The notes below the pieces were generated by a model that made no database searches, was not told where the DNA came from, and worked only from the letters and a program-made list of their open reading frames with translations. The position numbers were made by a program, and so were the translations under genes. This document shows positions 43,810-52,713 of a stretch of DNA of 64,000 bases, piece after piece (within the stretch, counting starts at the first letter, position 1; each line of letters opens with the position of its first letter). The stretch covers positions 3,178,383-3,242,382 of the forward strand of contig OY970122.1 in the NCBI GenBank assembly GCA_963705895.1, in the 5' to 3' direction. The stretch comes from Candidatus Aminicenantes bacterium. GTDB taxonomy: Bacteria > Acidobacteriota > Aminicenantia > Aminicenantales > JAFGAV01.

Positions 43810-44841
43810 TTAAAAAACAAGGTTGAACAGAAACCCGACGATCATGATCCCGACGGCGACGATCCCGACGAAGATCAGGATGAGGGGGAGCCTTAACACC
43901 TTCTTTAATATGATGGTTTCGGGGAGCGAAAGTCCGATGATGGACATCATGAAGGCTAGGGCTGTTCCCAGGGAAGCCCCTTTTTCCAGGAGAGACTGGA
44001 TAATGGGGATGATGCCTGCCGCGTTTGAATAGAGGGGCACTCCGATAAGCACCGCCAGCGGAACGGACCACCAGGCCGACTTGCCCATGAACGAGGCCAT
44101 GAAGTTCTCGGGCACGTAGCCATGGACTGCGGCGCCGACGCCGATCCCGGCGATGATGTAGGGCCAGACCCGTCCCACGATGCTCCTGACGGCCTCCAGC
44201 CCGGCAGCCACCCGGACCGCCCAGGACTGCCCGCTTTCCTCTATGGTTCCGCCCTGAGCCTTGGTTTCATAAACCCAGGGTTCGACGAATCTTTCCAGCT
44301 TGAGGCGGCCGATCGTCCATCCCGCCGCGATGGCGATGATGAGTCCCGTCGAAACATAGAGAAAGGCCGTTTTCCAACCGAACAGACCGAAAAGGAGGAC
44401 CAGGGCCACTTCGTTGATCATGGGCGCCGAGATCAGGAAGGAGAAGGTGACGCCCAGCGGGATTCCGCTCTCGACGAACCCCAGGAAGAGGGGAATAGCC
44501 GAGCAGGAGCAAAAGGGGGTCACGATTCCCAGGCCGGCGGCCAGGACGTTCCCGGTGAAAAGCGATTTTCCCTCGAGCGCCCGCCGCGTTCGTTCCGGCG
44601 AAAAAAATGTGCGGATGATCCCGACCACGAACACAATGAGCACCAGCAGCATGAGAACCTTGGGCACTTCATAAAGGAAGAACCGAAGGGCTTCGGTCAG
44701 CGGCGCGCCGGCCGGGAGTTTGATCAACCGCAGGACGATCCCGTCCGCCGCTCTTTTTAGGAGGGCAAAGACGGCGGCCCACAGGGGCAGAAGTAGAACA
44801 AGCCATATTCTCTTAGACAATTGATTTCTCCGCGTAGCCAT
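43810..44841 (-). CDS. arsP: ArsP/DUF318 permease (organoarsenical efflux family)
   Basis: TPFCSCSAIP, APMINEV, GVPLYSNAAG, LSLPE; divergent from arsR. Confidence 0.85.
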   Translation of the reverse strand: MATRRNQLSKRIWLVLLLPLWAAVFALLKRAADGIVLRLIKLPAGAPLTEALRFFLYEVPKVLMLLVLIVFVVGIIRTFFSPERTRRALEGKSLFTGNVLAAGLGIVTPFCSCSAIPLFLGFVESGIPLGVTFSFLISAPMINEVALVLLFGLFGWKTAFLYVSTGLIIAIAAGWTIGRLKLERFVEPWVYETKAQGGTIEESGQSWAVRVAAGLEAVRSIVGRVWPYIIAGIGVGAAVHGYVPENFMASFMGKSAWWSVPLAVLIGVPLYSNAAGIIPIIQSLLEKGASLGTALAFMMSIIGLSLPETIILKKVLRLPLILIFVGIVAVGIMIVGFLFNLVF

Positions 44842-44850
44842 AGAATGTCC

Positions 44851-44894
44851 TTGACACGGTCATAATTATATATGAAAATATGTTCATATTACAA
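44851..44894. promoter_or_regulatory. Overlapping divergent promoters with an ArsR/SmtB-type operator palindrome
   Basis: ATATGAA-N6-TTCATAT at 44870-44889; plus-strand TTGACA at 44851; minus-strand TTGTAA-18-TATAAT toward arsP. Confidence 0.75.
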
Positions 44895-44896
44895 CA

Positions 44897-45274
44897 ATGA
44901 AAAACGCCCTGAGAATATTTAACGCCTTGTCGGATTCGACCCGATTGAGAATCATCCTCCTTCTTCTGGAGCGGGATCTTTGCGTTTGCGAACTGTTGTT
45001 CGTCCTGAAGATGTCCCAATCCCGTATATCGCATCAGCTCCGGATTCTCCGCGACGCCGGCCTCGTCGAAGACAAGCGCGACGGCCAGTGGATGGTCTAC
45101 GGCATTCCCGCTCAAACTAAGAAGAGCCTTAGACTCGTCCTGGGGGCTTTCCGTCTGAATGACCCGTCGGCGGCGGATGAAGTCGAGGCCGACCGGGACA
45201 ATCTGCGGGTATGCCTAAAACGTGGCATTCGTCCCTGCCAAAATAAGGCGAGCCCCTCGGCCAAGGAGATATAG
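44897..45274 (+). CDS. arsR: ArsR/SmtB metalloregulator
   Basis: FNALSDSTRLRI, DLCVCEL As(III)-binding motif, SQSRISHQLRILRDAGLV; two extra C-terminal Cys. Confidence 0.92.
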   Translation: MKNALRIFNALSDSTRLRIILLLLERDLCVCELLFVLKMSQSRISHQLRILRDAGLVEDKRDGQWMVYGIPAQTKKSLRLVLGAFRLNDPSAADEVEADRDNLRVCLKRGIRPCQNKASPSAKEI

Positions 45275-45275
45275 A

Positions 45276-45521
45276 ATGGAAATCAAGATCCTCGGGCCCG
45301 GATGTCCCCGCTGCCGGGACCTGGAAAAGCGGACGATCAACGTACTGGCCGAACTCGGCGTCGCAGCCGACGTCCAAAAAGTTTCGGACATAAAAAGAAT
45401 CATGGAATTCGGAATCTTGGCCACGCCCGGCCTGGTTATCAACGGTAAGGTCAAATGCTCCGGCCGAATCCCTTCCGGAGTGGAAATTAAACGGTGGGTT
45501 CAGGAGGAAAAATCAAGTTGA
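45276..45521 (+). CDS. Small redox-active disulfide protein (MTH895/TM0996-type thioredoxin)
   Basis: MEIKILGPGCPRC...TPGLVING...GRIP; AAGGAG RBS. Confidence 0.88.
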   Translation: MEIKILGPGCPRCRDLEKRTINVLAELGVAADVQKVSDIKRIMEFGILATPGLVINGKVKCSGRIPSGVEIKRWVQEEKSS

Positions 45522-45722
45522 GCGATATCCGCCAAGGCCGATGACATTCTCGAGGTCAAGCTGCTCTCTCAATTCCGGTTCAAAGCCGACGACTTTTAAG
45601 AGAAAAGGGAAACATCATCAATAAGGCCATGCCGGAGCGAAAATAAGGAAGCCCTAGCTTTTAAGAGATTCAACTGTGAAAGAAGAGTCAAAAGGAACTC
45701 GACTCAGAAGAAGGGAAGAACG

Positions 45723-46031
45723 ATGGAAGCCCACCTTTTAGACAACCTAATTGCATTTTCCCCGGAATCCCACACGAAACGCATCTTTTTCGATTCCGGG
45801 CCGGTCAAAGCACAGGTCATGGGTTTTGAGCCCGGGCAGCAGATCCCGCCCTGCCGTATGGAGCATGACGTCATTTTTGTCGTTTTAGAAGGCCAAGGGG
45901 AAATCATCATTGACGAAGAAAAGGAAACCATTGCCAAGTCTTCCTGGGTCTTTGTCCCGAAAGAAAAAGAGTCCCGCTCCCTGAAAGCTGAGACACGAAT
46001 GGCCGTCTTGGCGATCCAGCTCAGAGGCTAA
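45723..46031 (+). CDS. Cupin domain protein
   Basis: FEPGQQIPPC, FVVLEGQG, VFVP. The usual metal-binding His residues appear replaced. Confidence 0.75.
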   Translation: MEAHLLDNLIAFSPESHTKRIFFDSGPVKAQVMGFEPGQQIPPCRMEHDVIFVVLEGQGEIIIDEEKETIAKSSWVFVPKEKESRSLKAETRMAVLAIQLRG

Positions 46032-46032
46032 A

Positions 46033-46515
46033 GTGATTTTCAGCTTGGTCATCTGGGCGCTGGGTCTGGCCCTGCTCCTTCTCTCCTTCTCCAAGGACAG
46101 AGAGAAATCGCTGGCCGCCCTGAAAGTCGCCTGGAAATCCTTCCAGTCTATGGCCCTCCCCGTCCTGGCCACCCTCTGGGCGATCGGATTCCTCCTGACC
46201 TTTCTTTCGCCCCAAACCATAGCGAAGATGATGGGGCATGAGGCGGGCTGGCGGGGGATGATCCTTTCGGCTCTGGTCGGCTCCGTCGTCCTCATCCAGG
46301 CTTTCATCGCCTTTCCCCTGGCGGGGTCTTTGCTTCGGCAAGGGGCAAGTGTCGGCGCCATCGCGGCTTTTGTCACGACGCTGGTCATGGTCGGCGTTAT
46401 GACCGCGCCCCTGGAAATCAAATACTATGGGAAGAAGTTCGCCCTCTGGCGAAACACCCTCAGTTTCTTCTTCGCCTTGATCATCGCCCTTCTCATGGGA
46501 GCCGTTCTCGGATGA
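46033..46515 (+). CDS. Half-size DUF318-like permease subunit A
   Basis: Hydrophobic; AFIAFPLAGSLLRQGAS, TTLVMVG, PLEIKYYG...RN. Confidence 0.75.
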   Translation: MIFSLVIWALGLALLLLSFSKDREKSLAALKVAWKSFQSMALPVLATLWAIGFLLTFLSPQTIAKMMGHEAGWRGMILSALVGSVVLIQAFIAFPLAGSLLRQGASVGAIAAFVTTLVMVGVMTAPLEIKYYGKKFALWRNTLSFFFALIIALLMGAVLG

Positions 46516-47024
46516 AAAAAAGCGCCATCTTCAAAGTGCTTCTCCTTCTTGTCTTAGGCAACATCCTCGTTTTCCTTTTGAGCCGGGACAAAGGCTTTTC
46601 CGTCGTTTCCACAACCAAAGACTATCTCCTCGAAATGCTCACCGTGCTGCCGCCGATTCTCATTCTCGTGGGGCTTCTCGAGGTCTGGGTGCCCAAAAAA
46701 TTCATCGAAGCGGCCATGGGCAGCAAGTCAGGGATCAAGGGCATTCTCTTCTCCTTTCTCGTGGGGACAGCGGCCATGGGCCCCCTCTATGTCGCCTTTC
46801 CCATCGGCCTCTCGCTCCTAAAGAAAAAAGCCAGCCTGTTCCATGTCGCGATTTTTCTGGGCGCCTGGGCATCAATTAAGATTCCGATGATTCTTTTTGA
46901 AATTCAGTTCCTCGGAAGCCGCTTTGCCTTCCTGAGATTGGCCTTGACCATTCCCAGCATCATTGCCATCGGCTGGATTCTCGATTTGATTTTGAAGAGG
47001 AGTCAAACATATGAGGCTGCCTAG
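46512..47024 (+). CDS. Half-size DUF318-like permease subunit B
   Basis: Hydrophobic; GLLEVWVP, GPLYVAFPI, KIPMILFE; ATGA-coupled to subunit A. Confidence 0.75.
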   Translation: MKKSAIFKVLLLLVLGNILVFLLSRDKGFSVVSTTKDYLLEMLTVLPPILILVGLLEVWVPKKFIEAAMGSKSGIKGILFSFLVGTAAMGPLYVAFPIGLSLLKKKASLFHVAIFLGAWASIKIPMILFEIQFLGSRFAFLRLALTIPSIIAIGWILDLILKRSQTYEAA

Positions 47025-47460
47025 GGTCCGTCTGATCCTCATTCTGTTTCTTTTAGTTTTTATTTACTTTGCTTGCGGTCAGGATTCTGGCCATCCGTCG
47101 AGCGCTAACCGAGCCGTGAAATCCGGCAGCTCTTCGCCAGGAGAAGTCCTTGTCACGAACGAGGTCAATCTTGACTTTTCCAAATACAAAGTCACGTTTA
47201 TTGAGCTGGGCGCCGATCGATGCATCCCCTGCCGGAAGATGCAGCCGATCATGAAGGAGATCGCGGAGGAATACGCCGGCAGGGTTCAGGTCGTTTTCTA
47301 CGACGTCTGGAAAAACGCGACCCCGGCCGAATATTACAGGATCCAGCTTATTCCAACCCAGGTATTTATCGACCAGAAGGGGAAAGAAATATTCCGGCAC
47401 GTCGGACTCTTCCCCAAGGAAGAGATTTTAGGAATGCTCAAGGAAAAGGGAATCCTTTAG
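47011..47460 (+). CDS. Exported thioredoxin-family protein
   Basis: Signal/lipobox-like FAC; ELGADRCIPC, IPTQVF...GKE. Confidence 0.85.
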   Translation: MRLPRVRLILILFLLVFIYFACGQDSGHPSSANRAVKSGSSSPGEVLVTNEVNLDFSKYKVTFIELGADRCIPCRKMQPIMKEIAEEYAGRVQVVFYDVWKNATPAEYYRIQLIPTQVFIDQKGKEIFRHVGLFPKEEILGMLKEKGIL

Positions 47461-47472
47461 GCCCATAAAAAG

Positions 47473-48171
47473 ATGGAACACTTATTTGGAGACATTTCTC
47501 AGCTCCTCCAGCAAAGCCCCTGGCTGGCCATAATCGCGGTTTTCGTCGGAGGAGTTACGACCGCCTCCAACCCCTGCGTCCTAGCCATGATCCCGCTGCT
47601 GATGAGTGTCGTCGCCGGAAACAGGGAGACCACGACCCTGAGGCGGTCGCTCGTCTTTTCCCTGTTTTTCGTCCTAGGATTATCTGTCACATTCACGGTC
47701 CTGGGCCTTATATCGGCCCTGATGGGCCGGATGTTCGGCAACATCGGGAGTTTCTGGAAGTATGCCGTCGCGGCGGTCTGCCTCGTCATGGGACTCCAGC
47801 TTCTCGGGGTGTTTAAGCTCGAGCTCCGCCTCCCTCAGATGTTCAATGTCAGAAAAGAAGGAAGGCTGGGGGCCTTTCTCCTCGGCCTCCTGTTCGGGGT
47901 TGTCTCGACCCCCTGCGCCGTTCCCATTCTGGCCGTCCTCCTGGCCTTTGTTGCCCAAAAAGGAAACGTTCTCTATGGCGGGCTTCTGCTTCTTGTCTAC
48001 GCCCTGGGCCACTCCGCGTTGGTTCTTGTCGCCGGGACGTCCATGGGGGCCGCGAAACGGCTGATCGAGTCGAGGGGACTCCGCCGGGCAAACTTCATTC
48101 TGCAGAAGGCGGCGGGCGTGATCGTCATCCTCGTTGGCGCCTATTTCGTATTCGGCTGGCCTAAGTTATAG
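47473..48171 (+). CDS. ccdA: CcdA/DsbD-type transmembrane disulfide transfer protein
   Basis: NPCVLAMIP and TPCAVPIL Pro-Cys motifs; about six TM helices. Confidence 0.85.
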   Translation: MEHLFGDISQLLQQSPWLAIIAVFVGGVTTASNPCVLAMIPLLMSVVAGNRETTTLRRSLVFSLFFVLGLSVTFTVLGLISALMGRMFGNIGSFWKYAVAAVCLVMGLQLLGVFKLELRLPQMFNVRKEGRLGAFLLGLLFGVVSTPCAVPILAVLLAFVAQKGNVLYGGLLLLVYALGHSALVLVAGTSMGAAKRLIESRGLRRANFILQKAAGVIVILVGAYFVFGWPKL

Positions 48172-48219
48172 AGGAAGGGAAAAAACTCCCCAAACCGTTC
48201 AAACAAGGAGGTTGAGGAA

Positions 48220-48864
48220 ATGGCAAAAGACCTAAGCAAACAGCTGTGGCATGGTCTTCCACGGACTGAAATTCCCTGGCATCCGACCATAAACGTCGAT
48301 AAGTGCATCGGCTGTGAACTCTGCTACGTGACATGCGGCCGGGAGGTTTTTGAATTCAACGACGAGAAGCGGAAAGCCAATGTCGCCCGGCCTTTCAATT
48401 GTATGGTCGGCTGCTCGACGTGTGCCATGGTCTGCCCTACCGAAGCGATAAGTTTTCCGGGCAGGGAGTTGATATGGAAAACCGAGCGGGAACACAAGAT
48501 TTTTCAGGAGGTCCGACGGGAAGCGAAAACAAAAAGAGAAAAAGACGAGATCGGAAAGGCACGGGCCGATGCCGGACAAAAACTGGCTGCGGCCACAACG
48601 CAGATGCGACTTCAAATCGCGGGGGAGTTCGGAGAAAAACAGTTTCTCGTCCAATTATGGAAATTCCTTGAAGGCCGCCCGTTCGACATCGTCAATTTGA
48701 AACTCGAAGTCCCCACAGTCATGGGAGCTAAAGAGAAAGCCCCATCTTTCATGCAATTTGACGTCGTTTCGACCACCGATGAGGACATCCTGGGATTCTT
48801 GAAGGAATTGCGGGAACTCATCCTGAAGAATGGCCTCGTCATTGCTGCCGAACACAAGCTGTGA
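48220..48864 (+). CDS. 2[4Fe-4S] ferredoxin fused to a C-terminal domain of unknown function
   Basis: CIGCELCYVTC and CMVGCSTCAMVCP; WHGLPRTEIPW N-terminus; about 130 extra C-terminal residues. Confidence 0.82.
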   Translation: MAKDLSKQLWHGLPRTEIPWHPTINVDKCIGCELCYVTCGREVFEFNDEKRKANVARPFNCMVGCSTCAMVCPTEAISFPGRELIWKTEREHKIFQEVRREAKTKREKDEIGKARADAGQKLAAATTQMRLQIAGEFGEKQFLVQLWKFLEGRPFDIVNLKLEVPTVMGAKEKAPSFMQFDVVSTTDEDILGFLKELRELILKNGLVIAAEHKL

Positions 48865-48925
48865 ACAAGCGACGACCGATCGAAACCCCTAGGTTGGACC
48901 TGAGGAGCGCTGCCGCCCAAGGAGG

Positions 48926-49033
48926 GAATATTATATGTACGACTCGACCATGATCGGGCCGGTCAAGGCGGCCCTGTATTTCCAGCGCAGGCGCTATTCC
49001 GCCGAGATTCGGGGGGAAGCGAACAACGGATGA
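48926..49033 (+). pseudogene. Internally deleted acr3 remnant
   Basis: Reads EYYMYDSTMIGPVKAALYFQRRRY, matching a join of the Acr3 mid segment ([11 protein letters not shown]) and C-terminus ([15 protein letters not shown]) of the intact gene at 51026. Confidence 0.68.
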
Positions 49034-49086
49034 GCGAAGGGCGCCGAATCTATAGCGAGAAGGGCGAAATCAACGTGGAACCCTGC

Positions 49087-49231
49087 GCGGGCGATCGCTT
49101 CGAGCCTTGCAAGAAAGCCTGCCGGGCCAAGGTTGGAAAGGACGGCGGCTTGCCGGGGCACGGACGAGGAGATCCTTGCCTGCTTCCGGCGCAGCCGCGA
49201 CGCGATCCGGGATCGGATCGAAGCAGAGCTG
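49087..49231 (+). pseudogene. Decayed arsC remnant
   Basis: An alternative frame reads AACRGTDEEILACFRRSRDAIRDRIEAEL, matching the C-terminus of the arsC at 43316 (SSCVGSEAEILACVRRIRNEIRD); upstream AGDRFE fragment. Confidence 0.7.
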
Positions 49232-49250
49232 ATGAAAAAGGAGCAAAGGC

Positions 49251-49700
49251 ATGAACGGAAAGAATCTCGAACTGCGTGTCGATAAGTTCATCTTCCGTTT
49301 TCCCGAAGGCCTCTATTACAGCGATGCGGGAATCTGGGTGAAGATCGAGGAACGACGAGTTCGGATCGGCCTTTCCGACTTCACCCAGCAGAGGAATGGG
49401 GACGTGGCTTTTGCCGAAGTTAAAGAGGCCGGGACAACGGTCCTGGCAGGAGACGAGGTGGCCGTGGTCGAGACGATCAAGGTCAACTTGAGCATACCGT
49501 CGCCCGTCAGTGGGACGGTCGTCGAAGTCAACGGCGACCTTTTGGCCTCTCCCGAGCTTGTTAACCAGGATCCCTACGGGAAAGGTTGGCTGGCCGTCAT
49601 CGAGGTTGAGGATGTCGCCGCGGCGAAAGCCTCCCTGAAGACCGCGACGCAGTACTTAGCCCTGGCCAAGGTCCAGGCGGAAGCGGAGGTAGCGCGGTGA
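49251..49700 (+). CDS. Glycine-cleavage H-like lipoyl carrier protein
   Basis: IGLSDFTQ, VETIKV (lipoyl Lys), SPVSGTVVEVN, PELVNQDPYGKGWL. No gcvT or gcvP nearby. Confidence 0.88.
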   Translation: MNGKNLELRVDKFIFRFPEGLYYSDAGIWVKIEERRVRIGLSDFTQQRNGDVAFAEVKEAGTTVLAGDEVAVVETIKVNLSIPSPVSGTVVEVNGDLLASPELVNQDPYGKGWLAVIEVEDVAAAKASLKTATQYLALAKVQAEAEVAR

Positions 49701-50098
49701 GACGCAAAGTGGTCGTGGTCCCCTGCAGCGGGATAGGGAAAGCCCTTGGTGCTGCGGCCCGGGAGGCGGCTTATGTCCTGACCGAGGACCTCCGGCCCGA
49801 ATGCACGAAGATTACCGCCCTGGGGCTTCTGGTTTTGGGCGACCCTGAAACACGCCGAGAAGTGGCAGGCAGCGCGGCCGTCGCGATTGACGGTTGTAAA
49901 CTCGAGTGCGCCGCCAAGGGGCTTGAGGCCTCCGGGGCCGGCCGAGTCCAAAAGATTGCCGTCTTCGATGTCATCCGGCGTCACCGCGGGCTCAAGCCGG
50001 AAGGTGTGATCGACCTCAACGAAGACGGACTGCGGCTGGCCCGGGCTGCGGCCGAGGAAGCACTGAAATTTGTCGACGAGGAGGCCGCCGATGCCTGA
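49697..50098 (+). CDS. DGC-domain putative zinc-binding protein 1
   Basis: VPCSG...AIDGCKLECA; GTGA-coupled to the H-like gene. Confidence 0.8.
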   Translation: MRRKVVVVPCSGIGKALGAAAREAAYVLTEDLRPECTKITALGLLVLGDPETRREVAGSAAVAIDGCKLECAAKGLEASGAGRVQKIAVFDVIRRHRGLKPEGVIDLNEDGLRLARAAAEEALKFVDEEAADA

Positions 50099-50549
50099 CC
50101 TGCCGAAAAAGAAAGTTGGTCTGATCGCCTGCTCCGGGGAAGAAATGGCCGAGGGCACTGTCACACGGCGGGCCGTCCGCAAAGTGATCGAAACACTAAG
50201 GCCCGATGACACCGTGACTCTCTGTCTGCCGCTGTTTCTAGCGGGCGGAGAGGGTGAACGGGCTTTTGCCCGGTATTATCCGACGATCGCGGTTGACGGA
50301 TGCGAAAAACGGTGCGCCGCCCTCGCCACCGAGAAGTACAGCGCGAGACCGGCCGCATCGATCATCGTGACTGATATCGCGAAGGAAAAGGGCTGCGGGG
50401 CGATCGGTACGGCGCGGAAACTGAATGAGGCCGGGCTGCGGCTGACCGATTCAGTCGCCGAGAAGATCGTGGCGGAAACGGACCAGCTCTTGAAGAGGAA
50501 ACCCAAGGGCACGACCCGCAAGGCGGCCGGGAGGGGCGCTGATGGCTAA
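50091..50549 (+). CDS. DGC-domain putative zinc-binding protein 2
   Basis: IACSG...TLCLP...AVDGCEKRCA; GAGGAGG RBS; overlaps the upstream stop. Confidence 0.8.
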   Translation: MPDLPKKKVGLIACSGEEMAEGTVTRRAVRKVIETLRPDDTVTLCLPLFLAGGEGERAFARYYPTIAVDGCEKRCAALATEKYSARPAASIIVTDIAKEKGCGAIGTARKLNEAGLRLTDSVAEKIVAETDQLLKRKPKGTTRKAAGRGADG

Positions 50550-50991
50550 AACCGAACTCTACGAAACCTCCGTGAGTTGGACGGGTGGGCACCGGGGAAG
50601 CCTGAAGCTCGGCAACGGGCCCGAGATGGACTTCTCCGCGCCGCCGGCTTCACACGGTGAACCGGGCGTCCTGACGCCGGAGGATGCTTTCGTCGGCGCC
50701 GTCAACACCTGCATCATGTTGATGTTCATCTGGGCGGCCCAACGGTTCCGCCTGGACCTGGGGTCTTATGATTGCCGGGCGGAAGGCACGAAACTCATCG
50801 AGCTCGACCGGACGGAAATATTCACCCGGGTTGTTTTAAAACCCCGAATCACCGTCCGGGCCGGCCGTGAAGCGCCCGCGGCCATTAACCAACGGGCGCG
50901 TCGCGCGCTGGACTCCGCGCGGAAATACAGCCTCGTCGCAAATTCCATCAAGAGCGAACTCGTTATCGAACCGGAGATCATCGTCCAATGA
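50542..50991 (+). CDS. OsmC/Ohr-family protein lacking the C-terminal conserved Cys
   Basis: FSAPP...[13 protein letters not shown]; [12 protein letters not shown] has Ser where the family usually has Cys. Confidence 0.8.
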   Translation: MAKTELYETSVSWTGGHRGSLKLGNGPEMDFSAPPASHGEPGVLTPEDAFVGAVNTCIMLMFIWAAQRFRLDLGSYDCRAEGTKLIELDRTEIFTRVVLKPRITVRAGREAPAAINQRARRALDSARKYSLVANSIKSELVIEPEIIVQ

Positions 50992-51025
50992 TGAACGGGT
51001 CGCGCGGGGGAGAAAGGAGAAGCAC

Positions 51026-52093
51026 ATGACGCCTGGAAACACGAGACTTAAGTTCCTCGATCGCTACCTGACCCTGTGGATATTTCTGGCCATGGCCGTC
51101 GGTGTCGGGCTGGGTTACCTCGTTCCGGCTGTCGTCGGCTTTATCAACAAGTTCCAGTCGGGGACGACGAACATCCCCATCGCCATCGGCCTCATCCTGA
51201 TGATGTACCCACCCCTGGCCAAGGTGAAATATGAGGAGCTCGGGGACGTCTTCAAGAACGTCAAGGTCCTGGCCTTGTCCCTCGTCCAGAACTGGGTCAT
51301 CGGACCGCTCCTGATGTTCGCCCTGGCCGTCCTTTTTCTCCGCGACAAGCCCGAATACATGTACGGCCTGATCATGATCGGCTTGGCCCGCTGCATCGCC
51401 ATGGTCATTGTCTGGAACGACCTGGCCCAGGGGGACAGGGAGTACGCGGCCGGCCTCGTCGCCTTCAATTCGATCTTCCAGGTCCTGTTCTTCTCGGTCT
51501 ACGCCTATATCTTCATCACCGTCTTCCCGACCTGGCTCGGCCTCAAGGGGACCGCCGTCAACGTCACCATCCGCCAGATCGCCGGGAGCGTCTTCATCTA
51601 CCTCGGCATTCCGTTCCTGGCCGGGATGCTTACCCGGTTCGCGCTTCTCCGGCTCAAGGGCCGGACGTGGTACGAAACGAAGTTCATCCCGCGGATCAGC
51701 CCCATCACGCTCATCGCCCTGCTCTTTACGATCGTCGTCATGTTTTCGCTCAAAGGCGAGTACATCGTCAAGATCCCGCTCGACGTCCTGCGCATCGCCA
51801 TCCCACTCCTGATCTACTTTGTCGTCATGTTCCTGGTCTCGTTCTTCCTCAGCCGCAAGGCGGGGGCGGACTATCCCAAGGCGGCCACGCTCTCCTTCAC
51901 GGCGGCCAGCAACAACTTCGAGCTCGCGATCGCGGTGGCCGTGGCTGTCTTCGGGATCAACTCGGGCGAGGCGTTCGCCGCGGTCATCGGGCCGCTCGTC
52001 GAGGTCCCGGTCATGATCGGCTTGGTCAACGTGGCCTTATTTTTCAAGCGCAGGTATTTTAGGACGCCCGAGGAGACGGCGGTCGGTCAGTGA
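51026..52093 (+). CDS. acr3: ACR3-family arsenite efflux transporter
   Basis: [54 protein letters not shown]. Confidence 0.96.
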   Translation: MTPGNTRLKFLDRYLTLWIFLAMAVGVGLGYLVPAVVGFINKFQSGTTNIPIAIGLILMMYPPLAKVKYEELGDVFKNVKVLALSLVQNWVIGPLLMFALAVLFLRDKPEYMYGLIMIGLARCIAMVIVWNDLAQGDREYAAGLVAFNSIFQVLFFSVYAYIFITVFPTWLGLKGTAVNVTIRQIAGSVFIYLGIPFLAGMLTRFALLRLKGRTWYETKFIPRISPITLIALLFTIVVMFSLKGEYIVKIPLDVLRIAIPLLIYFVVMFLVSFFLSRKAGADYPKAATLSFTAASNNFELAIAVAVAVFGINSGEAFAAVIGPLVEVPVMIGLVNVALFFKRRYFRTPEETAVGQ

Positions 52094-52221
52094 GGGAGAA
52101 GCCCGTGCAACCTTGGCCTTTATCAAATCTTAACAATTCTCCCCTATCATAATTAGGGGCGGAAAGCCCCCCGCGCGGTTGGGCTCCTCGCCGGAGCCGC
52201 AGGCCGCGGAAGGAGAGAGAG

Positions 52222-52713
52222 ATGGAAACGAGCATGAACAAAATCCGCGTCTTGTTTGTCTGCGTCCACAACAGCGCCCGCAGCCAGATAGCCGAAGCGT
52301 TCCTCAACGCCCTGGCTGGGGACACGTTCTCCGCCTCGAGCGCGGGGCTCGAGCCGGGCGCGCTCAACCCGCTTGCCATCGAGGTCATGAAGGAAGTCGG
52401 AATCGACATTTCGAGAAACGTTGCCAAGAGCGTGTTCGAACTCTACAAGAGCGGCGCCCTTTTCGCTTACGTCATCGCGGTCTGTGATGCCAAAGCCGCC
52501 CAGCGCTGTCCAACCTTCCCGGGGATCACGCGGACACTTGTCTGGAGTTTTCCGGACCCCGCCTCGTTTACCGGGTCATGGGAAGAGCAGCTGGCCGAGA
52601 GCCGACAGGTTCGCGACGCCATCCGGGCAAAGGTTGAGGAATTTATCAAGGTCGCCGCGGCGGGAAGGCTCGCGACCCTCGATTGGACCCGAAAAGCCGA
52701 CACTGACGAATAG
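52222..52713 (+). CDS. arsC: Second thioredoxin-coupled arsenate reductase (LMW-PTP fold)
   Basis: [13 protein letters not shown]...RCPTFPG, FPDP. Confidence 0.86.
   Translation: METSMNKIRVLFVCVHNSARSQIAEAFLNALAGDTFSASSAGLEPGALNPLAIEVMKEVGIDISRNVAKSVFELYKSGALFAYVIAVCDAKAAQRCPTFPGITRTLVWSFPDPASFTGSWEEQLAESRQVRDAIRAKVEEFIKVAAAGRLATLDWTRKADTDE

Noticed and set aside
45519-45599. Possible selenocysteine readthrough of the small thioredoxin TGA (26 further codons to TAA)
   Set aside because: The TGA falls at the normal family C-terminus, not in a redox motif, and no convincing SECIS hairpin follows.
49251-49700. Canonical glycine cleavage operon
   Set aside because: No gcvT or gcvP in the window, and the gene is coupled to DGC/OsmC genes, so the gcvH symbol was withheld.
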